Shown here: piece by piece, positions 1 through 8,592 of the stretch
Numbering within the stretch: position 1 is the first letter of the stretch
How the letters are laid out: each line of letters begins with the position of its first letter
NCBI GenBank assembly: GCA_943359405.1
Contig: CALRHO010000001.1
Location: forward strand, 1-31,891
Direction of reading: 5' to 3'
From: Candidatus Nomurabacteria bacterium
GTDB taxonomy: Bacteria > Patescibacteriota > Minisyncoccia > Phycocordibacterales > UBA918
DNA length: 31,891 bases
Program-made: the position numbers and the translations under genes
The notes under the pieces: model-generated
The model's database searches: none
What the model was told of the DNA's origin: nothing
What the model saw: only the letters and a program-made list of their open reading frames with translations

Positions 1-666
1 ACTCGCAGTCTTTGAGCGCTTCTGTCCGATAGCAACGTAGATACAAATTGGACGTTTGTCTTTTGGCTCGTACTTCTGGTTGATGATTGTGTCGATCGCG
101 ACGGTGGTCTTGCCAGTACCCCGATCACCAATGATGAGTTCGCGCTGGCCGCGACCAATCGGAATCATCGAGTCAATCGCTTTGATACCAGTGTGAATTG
201 GCTCGTTTACGCTCGAGCGCTCCATAACACCGTACGCTACACGTTCAATTGGCATGTCCTTATCGCCCGTGAGTGCACCTTTACCATCGATAGCAGCACC
301 AAGGGGTGAGACCACGCGACCAATTATGCTTGCACCAACGGGAATCGAAAGGAGCTTCTTGGTTCGCTGTACACGCATACCCTCAGTCACTCTTGATGAG
401 TCACCGAGCACCACCACCTTAACTGCATCCTCCTCAAGGTTGAGCACAAGGCCGAGAAGTGCATCATCGGCACCGAGTGTGTCAGCAAGCGGCTTTCCAG
501 CACTGGTCTCGAAGACCACCATTTCCATCATTTCAGCCTTGGGGAGACCATCGATCTCGGCAATACCGTCACCCACGGCTGTCACGATGCCGATTTCCTC
601 AGGCAGCGACGTGTTAGAAAGACCCTCGATTTCTTTTTTGATCTTCTCAATGATGATGGTGCTCAT
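1..666 (-). CDS. atpA: F1 ATP synthase subunit alpha, 5' part (runs off the left edge)
   Basis: Not in the ORF track. Manual translation from ATG 666: MSTIIIEKIKKEIEG...GIVTAVGDGIAEIDGL...LVLNLEEDAV...HTGIKAIDSMIPIGRGQRELIIGDRGTGKT (Walker A). Lies directly after atpH. Confidence 0.98.
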   Translation of the reverse strand, partial: MSTIIIEKIKKEIEGLSNTSLPEEIGIVTAVGDGIAEIDGLPKAEMMEMVVFETSAGKPLADTLGADDALLGLVLNLEEDAVKVVVLGDSSRVTEGMRVQRTKKLLSIPVGASIIGRVVSPLGAAIDGKGALTGDKDMPIERVAYGVMERSSVNEPIHTGIKAIDSMIPIGRGQRELIIGDRGTGKTTVAIDTIINQKYEPKDKRPICIYVAIGQKRSKTAS

Positions 667-705
667 GATGGTGTGTGCTAATGATGGTAATGGTGAATAA
701 TCAGT

Positions 706-1086
706 CTAGCTGGTTACGCGGCGGTAAAGCTTTTGGAGTGCCGTCTTCCAGGATGCGTCAATACGCTGGTGGGCGTGCTCTACAATCACGCCCCCAATGA
801 TGGTCTCGTCAACCGTAATCGTGGCATCAGTGGTACCACCGATAGCGGCGAGGTGTAGCTCAATGGCATTACGCAAGGCAATAACATCTTCACTACGCGC
901 AATAAACACACGAGCTGCCGTCCCCTCAGTACCGTCGAGCTCGCGCAGCATCCCGCGCAAGATGCTCGGAAGTAATCGGGAGTGATCTCGCTTTTCAAGG
1001 GTGCTGGCAAGCCCTCGGACAGCAGCTTCAACACTCATGCCAGAGGCAACGAGGTCGAGGCAGGCAGTGATGTAGTGCTCGCGCAT
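706..1086 (-). CDS. atpH: F1 ATP synthase subunit delta (short form)
   Basis: C-terminal VDETIIGGVIVEHAHQRIDASW matches the delta/OSCP motif; sits between atpF and atpA. Confidence 0.93.
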   Translation of the reverse strand: MREHYITACLDLVASGMSVEAAVRGLASTLEKRDHSRLLPSILRGMLRELDGTEGTAARVFIARSEDVIALRNAIELHLAAIGGTTDATITVDETIIGGVIVEHAHQRIDASWKTALQKLYRRVTS

Positions 1087-1104
1087 AGGTGGGTACGATA
1101 CAAA

Positions 1105-1551
1105 TTAGGCTCGCTCTCTGAGGAGTCGCTCAGCAGCGAGAACGGCGAGTTTTGTTATTTCTGCCTCGCTTTCCTTCTCGGCCTTACGCTTAGCTTCCTG
1201 CGCGCGAACCTCAGCATCAGCGATAATGGCAGTAGCCTTGGTGGCCGCATCACGAGTGGCAGTCTCCTCTACACCATGAGCGTGGGCGCGGGCGCGCTCA
1301 GCAATGGCAGCAGCCTCCTGTTGCGCAGCCGTCAGAGTTGCCTGTTTCTCACGCTCAGCACTGGCCTTAGCAGTGGCTGCCGCCTCAGCATCAGCGACAC
1401 CCTGCTCAATCGTAGCGGCACGCTCGTCAAGGAGCTTCAGGACCGGTCGGTACAAGAAGTACGAGAGCGCACCAAGCAGGATGGCAAAGTTCACCAATTG
1501 AATGGTGATAAGCTTCCAGTCGATGCCGAAGGCTTCTATGATTTGGTCCAT
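1105..1551 (-). CDS. atpF: Fo ATP synthase subunit b
   Basis: FGIDWKLITIQLVNFAILLGALSYFLYRPVLKLLDER followed by an Ala/Glu-rich coiled coil. Confidence 0.96.
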   Translation of the reverse strand: MDQIIEAFGIDWKLITIQLVNFAILLGALSYFLYRPVLKLLDERAATIEQGVADAEAAATAKASAEREKQATLTAAQQEAAAIAERARAHAHGVEETATRDAATKATAIIADAEVRAQEAKRKAEKESEAEITKLAVLAAERLLRERA

Positions 1552-1552
1552 A

Positions 1553-1879
1553 CTAGTGCTTTAGATGCTTAACGCGCTCTGCTAATTTACTCATTTGTGC
1601 TGGAAACTCTGTTTCAAGGTCTATATTAAGTGCTTTGGCTATTCTTAGTGTCGACCAAAGACAATCACAAACCTCATGCCGCAACTTCTCGTCTAATTCC
1701 TCGAATGATGCTCGCTTACCCGACTTCATCATTGTCAGCCGCACGAGTGAACCAACATCCTCTACGAGTCCTTGAACATACTCCTCAAGCTCCCACTTGG
1801 GGAATCCTTGCTCGGCATTGAGTTGATCGTAGAGTGCGGTCAACTCGTCAGCTTTAAGAGCTAGTTCACGGAACTCCAT
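1553..1879 (-). CDS. MazG-like (all-alpha NTP pyrophosphohydrolase) protein
   Basis: 108 aa, helical; LVEDVGSL and LRHEVCDCLW...IAKALNIDLE resemble the acidic motifs of the MazG superfamily. Confidence 0.75.
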   Translation of the reverse strand: MEFRELALKADELTALYDQLNAEQGFPKWELEEYVQGLVEDVGSLVRLTMMKSGKRASFEELDEKLRHEVCDCLWSTLRIAKALNIDLETEFPAQMSKLAERVKHLKH

Positions 1880-1884
1880 GAGGA

Positions 1885-2229
<345 letters not shown>

Positions 2230-2236
2230 TTACCCA

Positions 2237-3004
2237 CTAGTGAGGCTCGGCAACTGCGAGTTTGATGAAGAACAGGGTCAGTACTGAGAATATAAAGGCC
2301 TGAATAAAGCCGACAAACACCTCAAAGGCGAGCAGTGGCACAGGTATCACGTACGGCACAAAGAACATGACAACAACCAGTAGCGTCTTGCCAGCGAAGA
2401 TGTTACCAAATAGACGGAAGGAGAAGGAGATGAGGCGGGCGACTTCAGAAATGAGTTCGATAAGACCAATTACGAAGCCTAGTGGTGAGTGGAAGTTGAT
2501 AAATTTACCAATATAGCGAAAGGTGCCCAAGGCAACCACGCCTGCCATTTCGATGGTGAGAAAAGCTACGATAGCAAACGCGAGGGTGATATTGAGGTCG
2601 GTGGCGGCTGGATACAGCCAGGGCGTCAGGTGGCCGTCGTGGTACGTACCAAACGCAGTAACACCGGGAAGCAATCCTACCCAATTCAGCGAGAGGACAA
2701 AGAGAAAGATAGTTGTCACGACTGGGAAGTATGTGCGTGCCATTGACTTACTCTCAAGTACGTCAGCCATGTAGTCGTAGACGCCACCAACTACTACCTC
2801 AAATACCTGCTGCAGTTTCCCAGCTGGTACTAGGGTAAGGCGACGGGTACCTGCCAAAACAAGTACCATAAGGAGGCCCATCGTAAGCCAGGTAGTTACC
2901 AGGGTGGCGGTAATTGGCACGCCATAAAAGTCACCCAGCACGTAGGGTGCAAGCTTCACCGAGATACCTTCCGCGGCGTGTGCCGTCTCGACCAGACCTA
3001 ACAT
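2237..3004 (-). CDS. atpB: Fo ATP synthase subunit a
   Basis: SFSFRLFGNIFAG (essential Arg) and FIQAFIFSVLT; multi-TM. Confidence 0.97.
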   Translation of the reverse strand: MLGLVETAHAAEGISVKLAPYVLGDFYGVPITATLVTTWLTMGLLMVLVLAGTRRLTLVPAGKLQQVFEVVVGGVYDYMADVLESKSMARTYFPVVTTIFLFVLSLNWVGLLPGVTAFGTYHDGHLTPWLYPAATDLNITLAFAIVAFLTIEMAGVVALGTFRYIGKFINFHSPLGFVIGLIELISEVARLISFSFRLFGNIFAGKTLLVVVMFFVPYVIPVPLLAFEVFVGFIQAFIFSVLTLFFIKLAVAEPH

Positions 3005-3018
3005 TGGCGCAAATTACA

Positions 3019-3053
3019 CGCAAAAGACCCTCTTTTGCGGCCCTATACTAGCA
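3019..3053 (-). promoter_or_regulatory. Putative atp operon extended -10 (TGcTAGTAT) plus a 9-bp leader hairpin
   Basis: TAGTAT at 3050-3045 preceded by TGc. Perfect inverted repeat cgcaaaaga-ccc-tcttttgcg at 3019-3039, 14 nt upstream of the atpB ATG. Confidence 0.45.
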
Positions 3054-3124
3054 GAATTACGTTACAATCACAAGCAATACCGATACACCCGCATGAAACT
3101 TGTTTGTGGTAAAATCAGGTGATT

Positions 3125-3835
3125 ATGGAGAAAGAGCCACAGCCAATCCGAGCCGAGCCAAGAGACAAGACGCCGTTCCCAAAGACCAGTTATCTTGAAG
3201 GGGAGTTAAGTACTGAACAGATTTCTGACATCAAGGATATGTTGTTTGACCAGTACATGAAGCAGCAACTCATTGAGGATTTCTTCTCAGAGCTTGGTGA
3301 GTACCTCGATGATGATGAACATGTTGATGCAATGAAGGGAGCTCTCGCTAACTATTCTGATGATGAAGTATACGCTGCTATTTCCCTGCCTAAGGAGTTG
3401 CGCAAACGCCAATTTTCTCTTTTTAACGAAAAGATTCGCACTGGTATAGAACCAGCACAGGTGATGAATGACCTGGTTGCCGCCACCTCAAAGTATGGTT
3501 TTGGTGTTGGCTACCACACGTCTGCCGTGGATATTAAGCCAGATACTTCTGGCCGCTGGGAAATCATCGGTCGCGAGCATGACCACCGGGACAATGATCT
3601 AGCGCGTGCATACTACAGCACACACTACCGTCACCTTTACTCTCCAAAGGATCATCAGTTGTATGTGAAGAAACCACACCCACAGCACATATACATTGTC
3701 CGAACTGAGCCAGGTCACAAGACAGATGGTAACTGGAGTCGTGCAAGTCGTCTGAGTATTATTGCCAAGGTTCCCTATGGAGACGTGGTGAAGTACGTAG
3801 AGTCAACCACAAAAAAAATTGAGGGCCGGCGCTAA
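3125..3835 (+). CDS. Hypothetical protein, possible ADP-ribosyltransferase-like fold in the C-terminal half
   Basis: 236-aa ORF with TGgTAAAAT 9 nt before the ATG. Motif series GYHTS...AYYS...IYIV...GNW. ORF is well supported; fold call is weak. Confidence 0.6.
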   Translation: MEKEPQPIRAEPRDKTPFPKTSYLEGELSTEQISDIKDMLFDQYMKQQLIEDFFSELGEYLDDDEHVDAMKGALANYSDDEVYAAISLPKELRKRQFSLFNEKIRTGIEPAQVMNDLVAATSKYGFGVGYHTSAVDIKPDTSGRWEIIGREHDHRDNDLARAYYSTHYRHLYSPKDHQLYVKKPHPQHIYIVRTEPGHKTDGNWSRASRLSIIAKVPYGDVVKYVESTTKKIEGRR

Positions 3836-3853
3836 GATGTTGCGCCGACCCTC
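3811..3853 (-). terminator. Intrinsic terminator between convergent genes
   Basis: Arms gagggccggcgc (3821-3832) and gcgccgaccctc (3842-3853), 11/12 complementary; followed on the minus strand by aa and a T8 tract. Confidence 0.7.
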
Positions 3854-3854
3854 C

Positions 3855-4112
3855 TCACATGCGTGCAGCTCGAATTGCAAATGCAATCTCCGTGTCGCTA
3901 TACTCCTGCAGAATTTTTCGGACACCACTGTTTCGTGGCCTTCTGATTAGTTGTTCTGCCTCCGCAGGATCAGCCCAAAAGCTTGGACGCTGCTTCATGA
4001 GCGAGCTGATCGCAAGCCGCAGCTGGGCAGTCACCGTGGGCACCCCGTGTGCTCGGGCATCCCACTCTTCCGTGCACAACGGAAGAATTTTTTCTAACCT
4101 TTCCTTCCACAT
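3855..4112 (-). CDS. Hypothetical protein (85 aa)
   Basis: Perfect SD AGGAGGT 4 nt before the ATG, TTGACA further upstream, and a terminator immediately downstream. Confidence 0.65.
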   Translation of the reverse strand: MWKERLEKILPLCTEEWDARAHGVPTVTAQLRLAISSLMKQRPSFWADPAEAEQLIRRPRNSGVRKILQEYSDTEIAFAIRAARM

Positions 4113-4443
4113 GACTACCTCCTACTATCATTTTTATCATAGTATTTAACTCATGTCAAGTAGCGTCTCGACGCTCTGGTTTGAGCCTCCCCGAAAGCAA
4201 GACTACTTGCTTGTTAGGGTTCATGAACAAAAATGGCACGCGCATGCGTACTCATAAAAAGTAGTTTGCATCATTCGAGGTCACCAGTCACAAAGTATAA
4301 TCACGCACTGCGTGCGGATTCTACTAGGTGTTGTCTACTCGCTTTTCGCGGTTTCTGTCTATTTGAGTGGCCAGAAACGTCGCTGCGGCTTCCATAGACT
4401 ATAATAGTCGCAGGGGCTATTTTTAGTACGTGTACTATGGTGT

Positions 4444-4506
4444 AAATTTACCGAACTAGTTTTGGGAGTATTTAATGAAGTTTTGGGTCATGTATCAGCC
4501 TTGCCC
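4444..4506 (+). repeat. 63-bp direct repeat, copy A
   Basis: aaatttaccgaactagttttgggagtatttaatgaagttttgggtcatgtatcagccttgccc; 56/63 identical to 5033-5095. Confidence 0.92.
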
Positions 4507-4522
4507 GTGCAGTTCAGTCTAG

Positions 4523-4573
4523 AAATGAAGAAGCCCCACGAGTTGTGAAGTCATGGGGACTTCCTCGTGGGGC
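4523..4573 (-). terminator. Intrinsic terminator after the 122-aa gene
   Basis: gccccacgag (4533-4542) pairs with ctcgtggggc (4564-4573); inner stem gaagtc/gacttc; followed by ttcttcattt on the minus strand. Confidence 0.7.
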
Positions 4574-4585
4574 CGGTGTTGGCGG

Positions 4586-4954
4586 TCAGGCGCTGATGGT
4601 ACCACCGCTAATGTGGTTGTTGCCGCACTCGGGGCAGATCCCTGCGTGGTCATCGCGGAGCCGCTCGAAGTGGTGCTGCTCGAAGTGGTAGATCTTGCTC
4701 CCATCCGGCATCAGCCAGTACCAGCAGCAGGTGCTCGACTTGCAGCTGACCTCGAACGTGACCTTCTTGCCTGCCCTGCGGGCCCTAGTGACTTCGCCGG
4801 GAACGAACTTCGCTCCGCGACTCAAATCCTCGGCGTCTGACTGAGGGAAGGACTGTCCGACATCACCACCACCGCCAAGAGCGTTGATCATAAGGCCGGA
4901 CCCTGCGAGTCCAACCATGTCGCTGTAGCGTTTACCGCTTGCCATTCTTGCCAT
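4586..4954 (-). CDS. Hypothetical Cys-rich protein (122 aa), possible Zn-binding
   Basis: SD AAGGAGGT 6 nt before the ATG; CKSSTCC and CPECG motifs; terminator downstream. Confidence 0.7.
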   Translation of the reverse strand: MARMASGKRYSDMVGLAGSGLMINALGGGGDVGQSFPQSDAEDLSRGAKFVPGEVTRARRAGKKVTFEVSCKSSTCCWYWLMPDGSKIYHFEQHHFERLRDDHAGICPECGNNHISGGTISA

Positions 4955-5032
4955 TAAAGAACCTCCTTAGCTGTTGCAAGTAACATATAAGATACATTTT
5001 ATTTAAGTATTATCAATAGTGGACTATAGGGG

Positions 5033-5095
5033 AAATTTACCGAACCAGTTTAGGGAGTATTTGATGAAGTTTTGGGTGACGTACCAGTCTTGCCC
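5033..5095 (+). repeat. 63-bp direct repeat, copy B
   Basis: aaatttaccgaaccagtttagggagtatttgatgaagttttgggtgacgtaccagtcttgccc; 7 substitutions versus copy A, no indels. Confidence 0.92.
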
Positions 5096-5111
5096 TACTC
5101 TGCAGAGAATA

Positions 5112-5771
5112 TTAGACTTCAAACTCTAACTCTTCCTTATCCCGCCTTGGTAGATATGGAAAATGAATGCTCATAACTCTCTCATCAATACCGAGTAATT
5201 TGATTAGCATCCAGTACAAACAAGATTTAGCTGTTTCGTATTGCTCGATATGATAAAAATCTGTAGTAAACGAATCAATGTGGAGATGTAAGCTATTACG
5301 CAACTCTCTTAATTGATTTAGTAAGTCTGCGTCAATTTCATCAATCAATTTGCTTTGCTGTGCAACCTTAATCAGTTTTTTAAAGCTGTGATGTTCTGGC
5401 AAAGTAACTCCATTACTTACTACAATAATAAAGCAAACTGTTTCCGCTAATGAAGCAGCTGCAATTAATCCCTGTTTGCATATAGCATGCTCCACTTCAT
5501 TATGAATACCCATTGTGCCACCGCCCAGAAACTCAGGAATCTCTACTTCCCCTTCTTGTTCAAACGTAAAATTATTTAGAATCAAGTCGGTAAACTCTAT
5601 TAACTGAAGTTGTCCTGCAACATTACCTAAAACATCTGGATACTCTTTTGTATTAAAGTTTTTAAACAGCGGTGTTTGTTCAACAAGCGATATATACGCA
5701 AAGCTAGCTGTAATTGACCATTCATTACCGTAACTATCTTTAACAATGGAGGTAAGTTTTTTTTCTGACAT
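5112..5771 (-). CDS. HEPN-like domain protein (putative RNase effector)
   Basis: Start MSEKK (GGGAG upstream), 11 nt after the hsdR stop. Helical C-terminal half with AASLAE...FKKLIKVA...LNQLRELRNSLHLH (R-N-x-x-H-x-H). Confidence 0.65.
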   Translation of the reverse strand: MSEKKLTSIVKDSYGNEWSITASFAYISLVEQTPLFKNFNTKEYPDVLGNVAGQLQLIEFTDLILNNFTFEQEGEVEIPEFLGGGTMGIHNEVEHAICKQGLIAAASLAETVCFIIVVSNGVTLPEHHSFKKLIKVAQQSKLIDEIDADLLNQLRELRNSLHLHIDSFTTDFYHIEQYETAKSCLYWMLIKLLGIDERVMSIHFPYLPRRDKEELEFEV

Positions 5772-5782
5772 AGTCTCCCAAA

Positions 5783-8584
5783 TTACCACTCAAACACCTC
5801 TACAATGTCCTTAATAGCCTCTCTGATGCGGTTTACAACGCTCTTGTGCTCCATAAGTCGTGGGCGTTCAGGCAGGCGGTCTACGATGTCTTCACCGCTT
5901 GGGAGTCGGTCTGTGTAGAGATACTCACCAATAAGTGCTTCAATGGCTTCGGGGGTAATGTGTTCCGATTCAGACAGGTTGCGGAGTTTGTTTGTTCGCT
6001 CACTGGTCCAGAAATCAGCAAAAGCTTTCTCTACCTCTTCGGAGCGTCCAATGCGTGGCAGGCTTTCTTCAATAAACTTCTTAACGAGTTCCTTCTTCTT
6101 GCGGAGGTTAGCGTCATGGTCAAACACCTTCAAGATATCGTCCGTCTTCTTCATTCGGACCGCATCGGAAGTAATGTTTTTAAGCCCTGCAATCAACTGG
6201 ATAATGTAGTCGAAGTTGATGAGGTCACGAACGGTCAGCTCGAGCTCGAAGTCAATCTGGTCAAGAATAGACTCTTTCTCTGCCTCTCGGTCCTTAATGC
6301 CAGCGTGTATATCGAGGTATTTGCTTTGGTAGTCGTAAAACTCTTGCTCGGTAATTCCAAGGTCCTCAAAAGAAAATTCGGCAAAGGTTTCCAGAGACGA
6401 TTTGAGACGGAGTAAATCACGGAATGCCTGCACAAAGTTAGCCTTCTCTTGTTCGCCTTGAAGTGAATCAACCGAATCAATGGTAGGTGCTTCTTCCTTT
6501 AGCTTGGCTAGCTTCTCTTCAAATTCCTTCTTCTGTTCCTCGTAGGGCTTTTTAAATACTACTTCCTTAGCGTTTTCATCCCCATACAGAGCCAGTGCTT
6601 TATCAGTCGCTTCTTTGAGGTTGCGGAATGAAACGATGTTGCCGTGTGGTTTGTCCGAGTTGAGTAAACGGTTGGTGCGAGAATATGCCTGAATCAGTCC
6701 ATGGTAACGGAGGTTCTTGTCTACATAGAGCGTATTGAGTCTCGCTGCATCAAATCCAGTGAGGAACATGTTAACCACCAACACCAAATCCACCTGCTTG
6801 TTCTTGATGCGCTTTTGCAGGTCTTTGTAGTAATCGTAGAATTTGTCGGTGCTGTAATTGGTGCTATAGAGGGCGTTGTAGTCCTTGATGCACTCCTCTA
6901 GGAAATCGCGGGAATGCTGGTTTACAGGTGCGTTTTCAGTGTCTAGAGGGTCATTGTCGAGGTCACTGTTCTCATCATCAGCTTCGTTGGCGTGATAGGT
7001 GAAGATAGTGGCAATTTTAACATCATCGCCACCCTTGGCCTTAATGAGTGTGTAGTATCGCTTCAGGACCTCAATGCTTGATACTGCAAAGAGAGCGTTA
7101 AATTTGCCGTTCTTCGTCTTTCGTTTCCAGTCATGAAGCACGTAGTCAGCAATCTTTTCCAGACGGTCTTGGCTTTCGAGGACCTCTTTTGTATCAATAC
7201 CTTCAACCAGCGCATCAGCAAAGATATCGGCATCAAGCACATCAGGGTCTTTCTGTTTGTATCGTCCGACATACTCCACTGAGAACCCTAAAACATTACT
7301 GTCTGAAATAGCATTCGTGATGATGTACTTGTGCAAACAATCGCCAAATACGTCCTTTGTAGTTACTTTGCCCACATGATTCTCCGCAAAAATAGGGGTA
7401 CCAGTAAAACCAAAAAGCTGAGCCCTGTTAAAGAACGCCTTGATACGAGCATGGGTCTGTCCAAACTGGCTTCGATGGCACTCGTCGAAAATTATTACCA
7501 CCTTCTCATCCTTCAGGTATTCAAACTGTCGTAGGTAACCGTCTCGCCCAATCGCAATATCAAGCTTTTGAATAGTGGTGACAATGAGCTTACGGCTTGG
7601 ATCAACTAATTGCTTCACCAGAGCACTTGTATTACCTGTACCATCGACTGAGCCATCTGAAAACGAGTTAAATTCCTCGGTAGTCTTAATGTCTAAGTCC
7701 TTACGGTCAACCACGAACATTACCTTCTTCACATCAGGGTTACGGGAGAGTATCTGACTGGTTTTAAAGGCCGTAAGAGTCTTCCCAGCACCGGTTGTAT
7801 GCCAGATGTAGCCATTCTTATTTGATTCGTTTACACGCTTCTCTAGAGCCTTCACAGCGTAGTACTGATACGGTCGAAGCACCATCGGTATCTGCTCTGA
7901 CTCAGCCAAAACAATATGCTCAGCGATTAACTCAGACACGGCGCACTTCTCTAGAAATACATCGGTAAAGTCCTCTAGGCGAGTAATTTTAGTGTTATCA
8001 ACGTCAGTCCAAAAGAATGTCTGCTCAAACGTCTGCTTCGGGTTATTGGAGAAGTACTTGGTATTTACGCCATTTGAAATAACAAACACCTGCACGTATT
8101 CAAAAAGAGTGCCTGTATACGTGTGCTTATGGTATCGCTGGATTTGATTAAACGCCTCCTTCATCTCAATACCGCGCCGCTTCAACTCAACCTGGACCAG
8201 AGGTAGGCCGTTTATCAAAAGCGTCACATCGTAGCGGTTCTCGTACTTGCCGACCTGAGTTACTTGCTGCGTTACCTGATACTCGTTCTTGCACCATTGA
8301 TCTGTATTAAAGAAACGAATGAAAGCAGTAGTTTCATCATCACGCTTCAAGGAGAATCGGTCACGGAGGGTCTTGGCTTTATGAAAACGGTCACCCTTCA
8401 TCAGGTGATTCATGATGCGTGCCCACTCACTGTCTGAAAAAGCGATGTTGTTGAAACGCTCAAGCTGGGACCGCAGGTTGCTCTCCATGGCAGCCACGTC
8501 CTCAATGACAACAGGAACAAAGCCCAAGCGTGTCAGTCGTTCTACTAGTGATTTTTCTAGTTGTGATTCAGATTGGTGAGTCAT
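5783..8584 (-). CDS. hsdR: Type I restriction enzyme R subunit (EcoR124I-like architecture)
   Basis: Nuclease RYDVTLLINGLPLVQVELKR...QIQRY; Walker A WHTTGAGKT; DECH box; GFTGTP; IQAYSRTNR. Confidence 0.98.
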   Translation of the reverse strand: MTHQSESQLEKSLVERLTRLGFVPVVIEDVAAMESNLRSQLERFNNIAFSDSEWARIMNHLMKGDRFHKAKTLRDRFSLKRDDETTAFIRFFNTDQWCKNEYQVTQQVTQVGKYENRYDVTLLINGLPLVQVELKRRGIEMKEAFNQIQRYHKHTYTGTLFEYVQVFVISNGVNTKYFSNNPKQTFEQTFFWTDVDNTKITRLEDFTDVFLEKCAVSELIAEHIVLAESEQIPMVLRPYQYYAVKALEKRVNESNKNGYIWHTTGAGKTLTAFKTSQILSRNPDVKKVMFVVDRKDLDIKTTEEFNSFSDGSVDGTGNTSALVKQLVDPSRKLIVTTIQKLDIAIGRDGYLRQFEYLKDEKVVIIFDECHRSQFGQTHARIKAFFNRAQLFGFTGTPIFAENHVGKVTTKDVFGDCLHKYIITNAISDSNVLGFSVEYVGRYKQKDPDVLDADIFADALVEGIDTKEVLESQDRLEKIADYVLHDWKRKTKNGKFNALFAVSSIEVLKRYYTLIKAKGGDDVKIATIFTYHANEADDENSDLDNDPLDTENAPVNQHSRDFLEECIKDYNALYSTNYSTDKFYDYYKDLQKRIKNKQVDLVLVVNMFLTGFDAARLNTLYVDKNLRYHGLIQAYSRTNRLLNSDKPHGNIVSFRNLKEATDKALALYGDENAKEVVFKKPYEEQKKEFEEKLAKLKEEAPTIDSVDSLQGEQEKANFVQAFRDLLRLKSSLETFAEFSFEDLGITEQEFYDYQSKYLDIHAGIKDREAEKESILDQIDFELELTVRDLINFDYIIQLIAGLKNITSDAVRMKKTDDILKVFDHDANLRKKKELVKKFIEESLPRIGRSEEVEKAFADFWTSERTNKLRNLSESEHITPEAIEALIGEYLYTDRLPSGEDIVDRLPERPRLMEHKSVVNRIREAIKDIVEVFEW

Positions 8585-8592
8585 AGATTATC

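Noticed and set aside
4519-4704. 61-aa Ser/Thr-rich ORF on the minus strand
   Set aside because: Overlaps the SD-led 122-aa gene in another frame and runs through its terminator hairpin.
4444-5095. Repeat pair as CRISPR, integron attC or Xer/dif sites
   Set aside because: Only two copies, 63 bp long and 589 bp apart, with no cas genes. No RYYYAAC/GTTRRRY ends. Only a 7/11 XerD-like half-site and no XerC half-site.
3000-5100. attR duplicate of the tRNA-Ala(GGC) 3' end at the far island boundary
   Set aside because: No same-orientation copy found; tagggttca near 4215 is short and on the wrong strand.
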